Of a stretch of 32,000 nucleotides of DNA, positions 12,416 through 22,996 are shown in pieces. The notes beneath the pieces were generated by a model, which did not search any database, was not told where the DNA came from, and was given only the letters and a program-made list of their open reading frames with translations. The stretch lies in the NCBI RefSeq assembly GCF_000400465.1, contig NW_008806286.1, positions 173,865-205,864 on the forward strand, in the 5' to 3' direction. The stretch's first letter is position 1; each line of letters begins with the position of its first letter. The translations under genes were made by a program, and so were the position numbers. This DNA is from Wallemia ichthyophaga EXF-994. Its lineage: Eukaryota; Fungi; Basidiomycota.

Positions 12416-13045
12416 TTTGAAATTTCAAAATTCACTTAGTCGACCTTAACCCCTAATTTCAGATTTCGGTTGACCTCCACTTTTCTACACCTTAATGTCT
12501 CCTTCTAATCGTGAAGTGAGGTAGAATAGCAATTTTTCATTTCCTGTAGCCAGGTTTTATAGCTGTAGACGACATATTTTGTAAATCGTTTTTCGCGCTT
12601 ATAGGGCCGTGAAATTAAGACATTTGAGCACTTGCCATTTCTAAAATTTGAGATTTTGTCTTCATCGATAAAGCGCGCCAGATCCTCCATATCTATCCTA
12701 TTGCATGCTCTAGAGCGATTTCGGACTATTGCTTCTGATCGGCGTGCAGGGCGCAATTTGGAGCACGAAAGATCTGATTCTGGCAAAATCATATTTCTCC
12801 TATCCAGAGCTACCTATCGAGCCAGTTTCTTTGGATATCATTAAAACTCGCAAGTCACCATCAGATGAAATAGGTGGTAGAGGAGAATTTCAGATTGTTG
12901 GATATTGAGCGGAGGCTTGAGATGAGGGTGAATTTTGAATTCTGAAGGCATGATAAAATCGATGGTCTTACTAAATTGTTCAAATAGACAATATATGGTA
13001 TCTCTGCATTCGTCTTCTTACTTGGTCATTTGTAGGGTTCCTTGA
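12416..13045 (+). repeat. Copy A of a diverged ~630 bp dispersed repeat (inverted relative to copy B)
   Basis: Colinear with the reverse complement of 28378-29010. Segment 12871-13013 matches 28415-28557 without gaps at 121/143 nt, including an exact 22-mer TATATGGTATCTCTGCATTCGT. Segment 12715-12747 matches at 30/33 and 12416-12445 at 25/30. Confidence 0.9.
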
Positions 13046-13306
13046 AAAAAAATCAATTTGTGGAAATAATTCAGAATACTAGCGTCCGATGTTACTAAAA
13101 GACCTATTCAAAGTGTCCTGTCATCCGGAGTGGGGCAGGGAGGAAGGCAAAGATAAGCAGGTGAGTAAACTGTTGAAAAATTTGTGTTGGAATTGGAAGT
13201 GTACACAAATATTGCCTCAATTTTTTGCTCAGGATGTCAATTAAGAGCATTCATGGAGTTAAGCAGATAGATTCACTAAACCAACGTAAATAAGCAAATT
13301 CACAAA

Positions 13307-14903
13307 TCATACTCTGTTTTTCAATTTCCGCAGGCGCTCTATCTCTTCCTGGGTTGGTTTTGTAGTCGGCTTGCGTGTTTTAGCTTTGTGTGCTTTTGAT
13401 GACAGGTGATTCTCGTACTCCATTCCCTCATTTAAGACGATAGGGTTGTGAGGGTCATTCGTGCATACACCACAGGTAATCTTTCGGTAACCAGTCTCTG
13501 CATTAGATGCAGCTAGTTTCGACTCTTTGCTGAACAGCCTCTCCGCCACTTCCGAGTAGCTTTTAGGGTCGGGCAATGGTTCATCGTTGAGAAACTCTGT
13601 AGATTTTGTTAGCTCAAACTTGTTACCGCACTCAAGCTCACTATCGAGAATGTCTTTAGCAGGGTGTACCACCATCTCATCCCATCTACTAATGTCAGAC
13701 GAGTCAACCATGTATATGTCTATTGATGATGGTACTCCGTCACTGCTGGCACTCTTCTGGTGTGCCACTATCTCAGGTAAAAGTTTATTCTGTATCCATT
13801 TCAATTGCTTCATTGCATATCGTCGAGTGCCTATTTTCATCAGCTCAAGACCTTGTTTGAAAGCCTCATCCCGCTCCTTCTCCGTGGTAGCTTTAAAGTA
13901 AGCGTCAAATTCCTTGTATCCTGTATGCATCTATGTTATAGTGGTTGAAGCATAGAGCAAAGTACCTACCGATGGCTTGGAATAGACCGCGGGTATAGTC
14001 CTGTTGACCATTTGAAATGAAAGCATTCTCAAGCGCACGCAGCTCTTCAATTTCATTCAACAGACCTTGCTTGGGTGCTCTGGTTAGACAGGTGGATCCA
14101 ACGAGCAACACACACACCTCAGTCATCTTCTCAACCCGCCTTTCGAGACGCTTAGACAGCGTATCAGGATCAGTGTACACCCAGAAAACCAAGTTTTTGT
14201 ACTTGGTTTGTGAAAGTGCGTCGATTGACTTGGATGCTTTCTGTTCTTGTTCAATGTCCGAGCGCTTTCTGCCGTTCTCCCAGATAATGTCTAAGCTGCG
14301 TTTGACTTTTCTGAAGTCCCTCAAGTGCCATCTGCTGGCTGTTACAGGGTCAATGAGTGAGAGAATGCGGTGTAAGTGGGAATAGAGCGGGGTGTTGCTG
14401 CTGTCAACGTTGGTGTACTGGGACTCTTTTATTGATGGCAGGGCCATGATAAGATCCTTATCGCTGCTGCTAAGCGGACTGATCATGCTGTAGAAATCGG
14501 CATGTGGATTTGTGGTGAGCGAGTGAGGCTTATCGGAGATGTCGTCCGTCTTAATAAGATTATTCTGGAATATAAGGTGGTGAATATAATAATGAGTTCC
14601 CCCCGCCACGACCGGAAGTGTTTTCTGCGCCGACAGCTTATCAACGAGATAACCAGAGTCAGCGATGAATTGAGGAATTGAGTATTCCTTATCCTTATCT
14701 AGAAATGACATCATATGATGCTTAACTGAGTCCTGCTCACTCTCTGAAATCTTATTTGAGATAACATCCAATCCCTTATACACTTGAATAGAATCTGCGT
14801 TCAAGACGTGTCCATCTCTGTACTTTGCAAGCTGCACAGCTAAGTCTGATTTTCCCGTCGCTGTGGATCCAATTATCGTGATTAGTTTCTTCTTGTTGGT
14901 CAT
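13307..14903 (-). CDS. MOD5: tRNA dimethylallyltransferase (tRNA isopentenyltransferase) with C-terminal zinc finger
   Basis: P-loop GSTATGKS, NADSIQVYKGLDVISNK, VAGGTHYY, RKVKRSL, QAIGYKEF (spliced), TRRYAMKQLKWI, and a C-terminal CxxC...HLSSKAH. Introns at 14070-14117, 13921-13969 and 13597-13641. Confidence 0.94.
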
Positions 14904-14908
14904 CTCCC

Positions 14909-16802
14909 ATGAGAGGTTTAGATAGAGATGACGAGAAGCCAGGCGGCAGGCGTGAGAATGGAAATTATATTAAAATATACGCACTGGTCTTGCTCTCGCT
15001 GGCTTTGGCTGGCTGTACTTACACAAAAATGGTCGTCAACCTCCACAGTTGGCCACCTCATCACTACAAACCTCACTTGGCCTACGGCAAGAATGGCGCT
15101 GTAGCAACGGAATCCAAGGAGTGCTCCGATATGGGCGTTGATATCCTCAAAAGAGGTGGAAACGCAGTCGATTCCGCTGTAACGTCTACTCTCTGTATCG
15201 GCGTTATGAACATGTTCTCATCCGGTATCGGAGGCGGCGGTTTCGCGCTGCATAGAACACCATCCGGAAATATATCATCTCTTGACTTCAGAGAGACTGC
15301 TCCCGCTGCGGCTTACCCATACATGTTCTTCGATTCTCCGTTGCATGCTCAAATAGGCGGTTTGGCTACAGCTACACCTGGAGAATTGGCTGGATTGCAG
15401 GACCTGCATCAGGAGCACGGATCTATGGATTGGTACGATTTGGTTATGCCTGCCGCCCAATTGGCAAAGGGATGGGCTGTGCCGAAGGAGCTCGCTAGGA
15501 GGCTGGACGTGCGTTGCCTTTGTCTGATATTTTATTGCTGACAAGTAGAAAAAGTTGAGTAGTAATTGGATTCTCACAGACCCCGTATGGAGAGAATGGT
15601 TAGCACCAAATGGCACAACATTGGCCGAGGGCGACTGGATAGAGAGACCAGCTTACGCCAAGACATTGGAGACGATCGCAGAGTATGGCGTTGATGCCTT
15701 TTACAAGGTATGTTTGGATCTTGATTTCATTTGCTATCTAACACATCACAGGGCCACATTGGTGACTCATTTGTTGAAACTACAGCCAAATCTGGCGGTA
15801 TTCTCTCCAAATCAGACCTCGAAAGCTACAGCGTTGTCAAGGATCAAGGTCACAGTATGAATCTGCGCGGATTGGATATTCACACTTGCGGGTTTCCGAC
15901 ATCTGGGCCGGTGATGTTATTCATGCTGAACGCACTGGACGAGCTGGATATGTATCCGTCGCGTTCCAACAGCCCCGATGATCTGCACAAATTCATTGAA
16001 GTGATGAAATGTATGTGTCATGTTACGCTCATTCCTCTTGTTAATGCAGCATCCTAAAGTTGGATTTGCAGAACGCACCCGTATCGGCGATGAACCGTTT
16101 ATGAATGACACTGCCCCAATGATGAACATGCTCAACAAGACATACGCTCAGGAAACTGCTGACCTCATCACGGACAAAACGCACACATGGGAGTATTATG
16201 AGCCAGACTTCGAAGTACAGGATACACACGGTACTACCCACCTAACAATTGTAGATGAACAAGGGGGAGTAGTTACACTCACATCAACGATTAACGGCTG
16301 GTTCGGATCCCATGTGCTGGACACAGAAACAGGTATAATACTGAACAACGAAATGGACGACTTTAGTATACCTGGTCATCCTAACATGTTTGGTTTGTGG
16401 CCATCGCCTTACAACCACCCAGAGCCATTCAAGAGACCGTTATCATCGACGGCGCCGACGATTGTTCAGCGGGATGGAAAAATGCTAACTGCGATGGGTG
16501 GCAGTGGAGGTAGTCGTATATTCACCAGCGTATTCCAAACCCTCCTGCACATTCTCGGTGGCTCCGATCCATCATCGGCAATTGAAGCACCGCGAGTCCA
16601 CGATCAGCTTTTCCCACCAATTGCAACATTTGAAAGCGGATTCAGTCCCAGGCTAATCAATGAAATGAAAGAGAGAGGGCACAACACTACAGTGTTTGAT
16701 TTCAACCTCGGCGCGGCGAATGTCCAAGCCATAACGGCAGAAGATGGCACCTTGTTCGCGGCTTCTGATTCACGTAAAAATGGCATTGCAGCTGCTTACT
16801 AG
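14909..16802 (+). CDS. GGT: Gamma-glutamyltranspeptidase (Ntn hydrolase)
   Basis: N-terminal hydrophobic anchor, GAVATE...CSDMGVDILKRGGNAVDSAV, SGIGGGGF, DFRETAP, nucleophile Thr in HGTTHLTIVD, LNNEMDDFS, KRPLSST, GGSGGSRI and SDSRKNG. Three introns near 15509-15550, 15708-15751 and 16012-16059. Confidence 0.94.
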
Positions 16803-16889
16803 ATTGTCAACGACCTTAGTATCGAAATTTATATGTTGTATAAAATACATTATTAGAGTTCTATCAATCTGTGCTTTTGGTGGGTATTC

Positions 16890-17831
16890 TTAAACTTGGA
16901 TAGCAGGGGAAGTCATGGTTACCAGTATGTCCCAGACATATACGAATCCTGTGAGAGTGAGAGGGGGTGAGGAGACAGGTGAAAATCCTCACCGAAAAGA
17001 ATAAATAGGGCAGAGCCACCATATGTGACTGGAGGGAAGATGAGAATAAGACTTGCGAATGAATGTGTCACCGACCTGATTTTATAGATATTCTCGATGC
17101 GACAATGCGTCCGCCAAGCACTGCGACAGCAGTGCACATAGCGTGACCCAAACTAGTACCAAATGCAACAGTTTTCCATCCATGAGCGGCAGCCAAAGCG
17201 ATGGTAGATATTTGGCTACGATCACCCCACTCGCCTAGGAAAGTGAGAGCAAAAGCCTGTACGAAAGCGGGGCTGAATACGGTGATTAATAACTCCCTAA
17301 AAGTGTCAAAAGTTGTCTTTTTGCGTGATTGAGCAGTGGGTTTGGGGAGTTCGTCGTCTTTGTGTTCTATTTCTTGTATCGCTTCTTGCATATCCTCCTC
17401 AACTTCCTTACTGCCACCCTGCATCGCTTTGGCATCCAAGTACATCTTTATTCCAAATACGAGGAATAGGACAGCTGCCATTACTTGTGTATAAGTCTTG
17501 GGGAGGATTGCGGGTAGTATTTGTCCCAGCAGCGCTGAGAGTACAGACATGGCGGCAAGTGCACCAAATGAACCACTAAATACGATTAGTTGCGGGCTTC
17601 TCATAGCGAGAATTGCAGCTGGACGCGTAATTAGGCTGGAGTGCCTGAGCAGTGAACAAGCCCACCGATCAGAAATGTCTTATCACCGACTTCAGAAACG
17701 ACTATCATAGCAATAGACTTGGATTGATTGTTATTGGGATGAATTGTGAGTAAAATTGCACTGACCTGCCATAGTACACTCATATCTATTCCTCCAGTCG
17801 CTGAGCTCTTCGAAGTCGTGGAACAACTCAT
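16890..17831 (-). CDS. GDT1: Gdt1/TMEM165 (UPF0016) Ca2+/Mn2+ transporter
   Basis: Two ExGD(K/R) motifs (SEVGDKTF and GEWGDRSQ) separated by an acidic loop. Four short introns give a continuous frame to TAA at 16890-16892. Confidence 0.92.
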
Positions 17832-17953
17832 TTACGTACTAAGCGCAGTAATTTCAAACAAAAGAATATATTTATACGCATTTGGCGTTTTTTATACACA
17901 TCGTTCTATACTTTGGTATTACTTTACTCCAGTTTCGTAGTGTTTTAGCTGGA

Positions 17954-20900
17954 TTAGCGAGGATCCTCGATCTTGCAAGTGACGAATATCTGAACAGGCG
18001 CGTTAGTATGCCTCACCGCATAAACACCACTTACATCATCAACATCTTTAAATTGTCGCTCGCTATCACCCTCTCTGCGCGATCTACCAACCGACTCTCT
18101 TTCACTCCAGTACTCAATCTGATTGTGGCCATTGTCCGTCTTGGTAGTTGTTGGCATCCACACTCTCTCGCCAGTGTCAGGATCTTGAACTGCGTTGAAC
18201 CATCTAGGCTTGTGTGGAGGTAATTTACCCATTTCTCTCTCTTTACGCGTCCCACGTTGTTTCTCTTCGTTGCGAATCTTGAGATCATTGGCGAGATCAT
18301 ACAGTCCAATTTCAAATGCACGCTGATCTGGTCGAAGTCTACAATCCGTAGATGGCAACCAAGGTCTCAGGTCAGGTCGATCAATTGGTTTCATTGTCGA
18401 TAATCTATCGCCGGGTAAATCGTTCAACGTTATTGCGAATTGCGGTAAATTGAATGGTGTCTTTGGTTTTGCTGAATTCTTCCAAAGCAGCAAGTACTCT
18501 GAAGAATTTTCTACTTGCTGATCGGCATTGATTTCATCAGTCTCGTTGTCAACCTTCTTCGCAACAAGCTGAGTCACCCATCTACCCGCAATCACCCACT
18601 CGCGTTTCTTCTGGCTGTTAGTTACAAATCCTTTTATTTCCTGCCCCTTGCCCCTCCATGGACGAGCCTTGAATGTCAAAGTGCATGACTCGCCAGTGCG
18701 GTGATTAAGGACAACCATATCGCCAAAGTGATCAATAACTGGAGATGCTGTTACAAACCCAGTAACTGCCGTTGTAACCTTTTTCCAACTGTAATGCTCA
18801 ATTATCAACTCTTCTCCAGTAACTTTGCATTTCTCTCTTGGGTATGTTACACCTTCCTTGGCCCAAGCTGCAGGAATCTTCAACTCAGCATGTGCAATAC
18901 CAGTTGGACGAATCTCAAATGAGGTACCCATAAATTTATTTTTTGCATCAACTTCTCCCTTGTAAATCCATCTTGGATTCTCACCCCAACAAGCTGACAT
19001 GGGAGGATGATGGCTGACCTGCTCGCTAAAGTAACGATACTGCTTGTCAAATCTGCAGTACTCAAACGTTTCACCGAGCATTGGATTGAAAGGTTTAGCT
19101 ATTCTGTTCATTGTCGAACTGTAATTGGATGCTGCGAACGCTGCAACGTATGCAACTCTTTTGAGTGGATCTTGACTATTTACTGCAGCATCTAAACACT
19201 CAGTGAACTCCATATCCTCAGCCATTCTTTGAAGCATCGATGTAGGCTCATTGAATGTCACGGGGAATGATATCTTTGTAAGATCTTTGCCAATTGAGCT
19301 TTTTAATACACTCCACAAACTCATTGGCGGACGTTTGTCATCTGATATCGGCATACCATCTCTAAGCTTTTCGTATGGTACGTATGGAGTGAGATCTTCA
19401 ACAGGTGGATCATGCTTCTTTTCTGTCTCGCTGACCTCCTGTGTCATGGGCAAATTACCTTCTTCTACGGCATCGAAAAAGTCATCATCATCATCATCAT
19501 CATCTTCTGAAGATGACGTAACTCTGGCCATGGGAGATGGACGTTGATCATCGTTGATAGGAGCGTGATGAGCAGCTTGTGGAGGTGCACTAACACCACT
19601 TTCATCTTGTTTGTGTGCGGCGTAAATGTTACCTTCTGCTCTAGCAGGTGCTGATTCCTTTGAATCAATAACAGCTGCTTTCATCGGTGGAGAGAGAGTC
19701 GAAGTGCCTGCAGCAGCACCATGTAAATGATGCTTAGTGTGCTTGAGAGCCTTGCGACGATCCTCTTGAGCTTTGTGAACGTTTTCCAATTCGCCTTCAA
19801 CTTTGGCAGTTTCTACGGCGATAGTTGCAATATTCTCCTCCCACAGTTTAGCAGTCTCACGTTCGTGTTGAAGTGACTTTCTGTAGTAAATTTCTCTTTC
19901 ATTAACCATTGATTGCCATCCAGCGATGAGTGAGCTTAGCGTTTGTATTGATCCCTTCAACGCTTCTTTCCGTTCATTGTGCGTGTCGTTATCACCCTCA
20001 AAGTCATCCTTGAGGAAGGTGTTGATAAGCTTTTATGGTGTTAGTTTTTTTTATAGAAATTGGATTGCAATGACTGACACTTTCAGTGGCTTCAATGTGC
20101 GCAGAGAGCTTTTGACCCTCATGTTCAAATGTACCGTTATGTGGAACAGCATTTACATTGTAGCTCTCAACAGTCTCGGCAATAGAGTTTGAGTCAGAAC
20201 CACCCTTCTGACTCTGGAAATCAGCAAGCGAAGTTCTTGAATCGTGGCGGCCATGAATGCTGGAAGACGAGTCATAAAGGAAGGGGGATCTTGGTGCATC
20301 CATAGAAGGATTTTTATCACCATTGTTGATATCTTGCACAGTGAGACTGATTGCCTGCTTCCATGATGCGGCATCGGTTGGATGGTCAGCTCTGACTAAG
20401 AATTTGTTGTTGTGGGAGTGAATTTCGAATTTTCTGCTATCACCGCCTTTGTCTTCCTTCAATTTACCATACTCCAAGTTAATGGCACCTCTAGACAGCT
20501 GCTTGGCTTCATCTTCAGCTGAGAGGTAGTAGTTGAGGATGCCATCTTGGAGGACAAAGTGTCGGTTATGCCAACCAGTGGCGAGATTAACGTACTTCTT
20601 AAGGGTACCTTTCTTATTTCTACTTTGGAAGTTGTGAGCGTTAGGTTTTTGCCTCTCCTGGAGTTTAACGAAGGATTTAATCTGATCGTCTTTGCAAGAA
20701 CTCAAGAGGGACAGGTTACGACTGTCAACGATTGACGAAGATGCATTAGCGTTTTCGAAGGCAGCTTTTAAGAGAGGAAAGTCTTTGTTTGTAACTGCGG
20801 AATGTAAGAGGGTAGAACCGGAGTGGCTGTCAATGTAACTGAGATCGATAATGGGAGAGCAGGGGAGTTTGAGGAGGTCAATGAGGTCCTGGCCAGTATT

Positions 20901-21362
20901 TTTGTCCTGTGAAGACGGCCGTATGTACTCGGCCACTAGGTGACGAAATTCGTCGTTCAACTTGGATTGAGAGTCATGGATAATCAAAGCGCAAGCGTCA
21001 GATTTACAGACTTGGATAGCAGAGCGAGAGTGGTTGTTGCGTATAGAGTCGTTGATGGAAGGGCTGTTGATCAGCAATTCAACTACGTCAGATCTACCGA
21101 GGGAAGAAGCGATGTGGAGTGGAGTGTTGCCATCGGGATCAGTCTCATTAATGTCGATACCGTTAAAAGAGATAATTTGTTGGATTGTGGATGGATTTGC
21201 AGCTTTTACGGCGAGGAGGAGGATTCCTTGGGTGGAATTGGATGAATCCTTTGAATCAGAGGAATCAGAGTGAAGTAATTGAGAAATAGCGTCTGTATCA
21301 TTTGATTGGAAATATTTAAGTAAATTAAACGTTTTCATGGGATCAACTCCCTCGGCGGACAT
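17954..21362 (-). CDS. Oxysterol-binding protein, Osh1/Osh2 type (ankyrin repeats + PH + FFAT + ORD)
   Basis: Ankyrin motifs GNTPLHIA and [10 protein letters not shown] domain ([21 protein letters not shown]...W), FFAT-like [11 protein letters not shown] and the ORD fingerprint EQVSHHPP. Introns at 20030-20078 and 17990-18034. Confidence 0.93.
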
Positions 21363-21391
21363 GATGGCTGTATCCTTCCAAGATTCCAGTC

Positions 21392-22330
21392 ATGTCGAAT
21401 ATACCAGGCAAAGATGGTGAGTTTTTTTATTTCTAGTCTCAAATCAAAGCCGACTATTAGAATCTCAGTCGATCGCAATCAAGAGGCTACTATTTACATC
21501 GGAAATATCCCAGAAGCTGTATCTGACGCTATTATATGGGAATTGATGCTACAAGCTGGTCCTGTCTCTAGTGTCCACCTGCCTAAAGATCGTGTCTCCA
21601 TGTCCCATCAAGGATTTGGTTTCTGCGAGTTTGTCAACGATGAAGACGCTGAGTATGCGTGTAAGATTATGAACCAGATAAAGCTATACGGCAAGCCAAT
21701 AAGAGTTAATAAGGTGGGTAGTTTATTCGGAATCCCCTGTACCCCGCTAAGTACGCTCAAATCCCAGGCATCAACTGATAGGAAGCAAATGGACGTCGGC
21801 GCTAACCTCTTTATCGGTAATCTTGATCCTTCAGTCGATGAGCGCTTGCTCTTTGACACTTTCTCTACATTTGGCCTTATGATGGATGTTGCAAAGGTGT
21901 GTTGCTTTCTTTTATGCCTTTTTTCACCTCTGAAACCTCAAAGATAGCGCGGGATGACACAGGTTACTCAAAAGGCTACGGTTTCATTCAGTACAACGAC
22001 TTTGACAGCTCGGATCAGGCGATAACCGCAATGAATGGTCAATATCTCGTTAACAAGCCACTTACTGTCGATTACGCATTCAAGAAGGACGGAAAGGGTG
22101 AGAGACATGGTACAGACGCAGAGAGAATGCTGGCTGGTGAGGCTAAACGCAACAATGCACTTCCAATGCCTGGCGCTATTCCTGGTCAGCCATTCATGCA
22201 ATATCAGGGTATGTTTGCAGGTGCATTATCTGGTAATCAAGGTGCTATGTCTGCTCAACCACCTGGTGCACCACTGCCATTTGGATTCACACCTGCACCA
22301 CCACCGCCTGCACCTTATGGATTTAGCTAA
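21392..22330 (+). CDS. HSH49: Splicing factor 3B subunit 4 (SAP49/Hsh49), two RRMs plus a short Pro-rich tail
   Basis: [12 protein letters not shown]...ELMLQAGPV...HQGFGFCEF...[14 protein letters not shown]...[11 protein letters not shown]...SKGYGFI. True start is ATG 21392; introns at 21417-21468, 21714-21767 and 21897-21943. Confidence 0.95.
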
Positions 22331-22392
22331 ATTTGTACATGTATATTGATTATTTATTGGAACATTCACCCAGACCGGTATCCAAACCCGGC

Positions 22393-22422
22393 ACCGAAAC
22401 CGAGACCGAGACCGAGACCGAA
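22393..22422 (+). repeat. Hexamer tandem repeat (ACCGAR)x5
   Basis: ACCGAA ACCGAG ACCGAG ACCGAG ACCGAA, read directly. Confidence 0.85.
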
Positions 22423-22478
22423 ATCCCCAACGAGATTTGGAAGGGGGCTGTGAGATAGGTGTATGATTCATATGTGGA

Positions 22479-22518
22479 GGTATGAAATATAAGGTATGAG
22501 GTATGAGATATGAGATAT
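22479..22518 (+). repeat. Degenerate heptamer tandem repeat (GRTATGA)n
   Basis: GGTATGA AATATAA GGTATGA GGTATGA GATATGA GATAT, read directly. Confidence 0.7.
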
Positions 22519-22640
22519 TCGCTTATTCGGTATCTTTTGGATTGTTGTAGTGTCAGTGGCAATGGGAAATTCAACGGCAATGTCAATTAATATATGCAAA
22601 ACAGTCTCAATTGTATTTAATAATGTTTGATAGTATTTAA

Positions 22641-22880
22641 TTACATCCCAGCCATCTCCGTAGAATGGCCGTCGAATGCATGTCTTGAGGCGGTGTAATT
22701 GGCATACAGATAAGCTGCAGCACCAGCAACGATTAAATCCATTATATAAATATACATCTCCACATCCAATCCCGATACGCCTGCCTGCCCGGATGATTCA
22801 GTTACAAAAGATTGCGTGGGCTGAAGTTTGAACAGAGCCAATAGCGGTATTGACGGTAGCAGTGGAATCAGCGTTATCAT
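22641..22880 (-). CDS. Possible small membrane protein (79 aa from ATG 22880), unverified
   Basis: Open frame with two hydrophobic stretches, divergent from OLE1 and followed by an AT-rich 3' region. No family recognised. Confidence 0.25.
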   Translation of the reverse strand: MITLIPLLPSIPLLALFKLQPTQSFVTESSGQAGVSGLDVEMYIYIMDLIVAGAAAYLYANYTASRHAFDGHSTEMAGM

Positions 22881-22996
22881 CCACACGCAAAGTACAGCCG
22901 TATTTATTTGTGTAATTTTTGACTATTTAAGATATTTCATTGGGGATGATAGCTTCTTTAGATTAAACCGCGATCAAGTAAAGGATAATCTCAGCA

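Noticed and set aside
12505-12844. ORFs 12505-12792 (-) and 12632-12844 (+) inside repeat copy A as real genes
   Set aside because: The homologous frames in copy B contain stops, substitutions show no clear third-position bias, and no known domain is recognisable.
19482-19503. (TCA)n and (GAC)n trinucleotide runs here and at about 25829-25850
   Set aside because: They encode poly-Asp tracts (the acidic flank of the FFAT motif and the TFIIA linker) and are explained by protein sequence.
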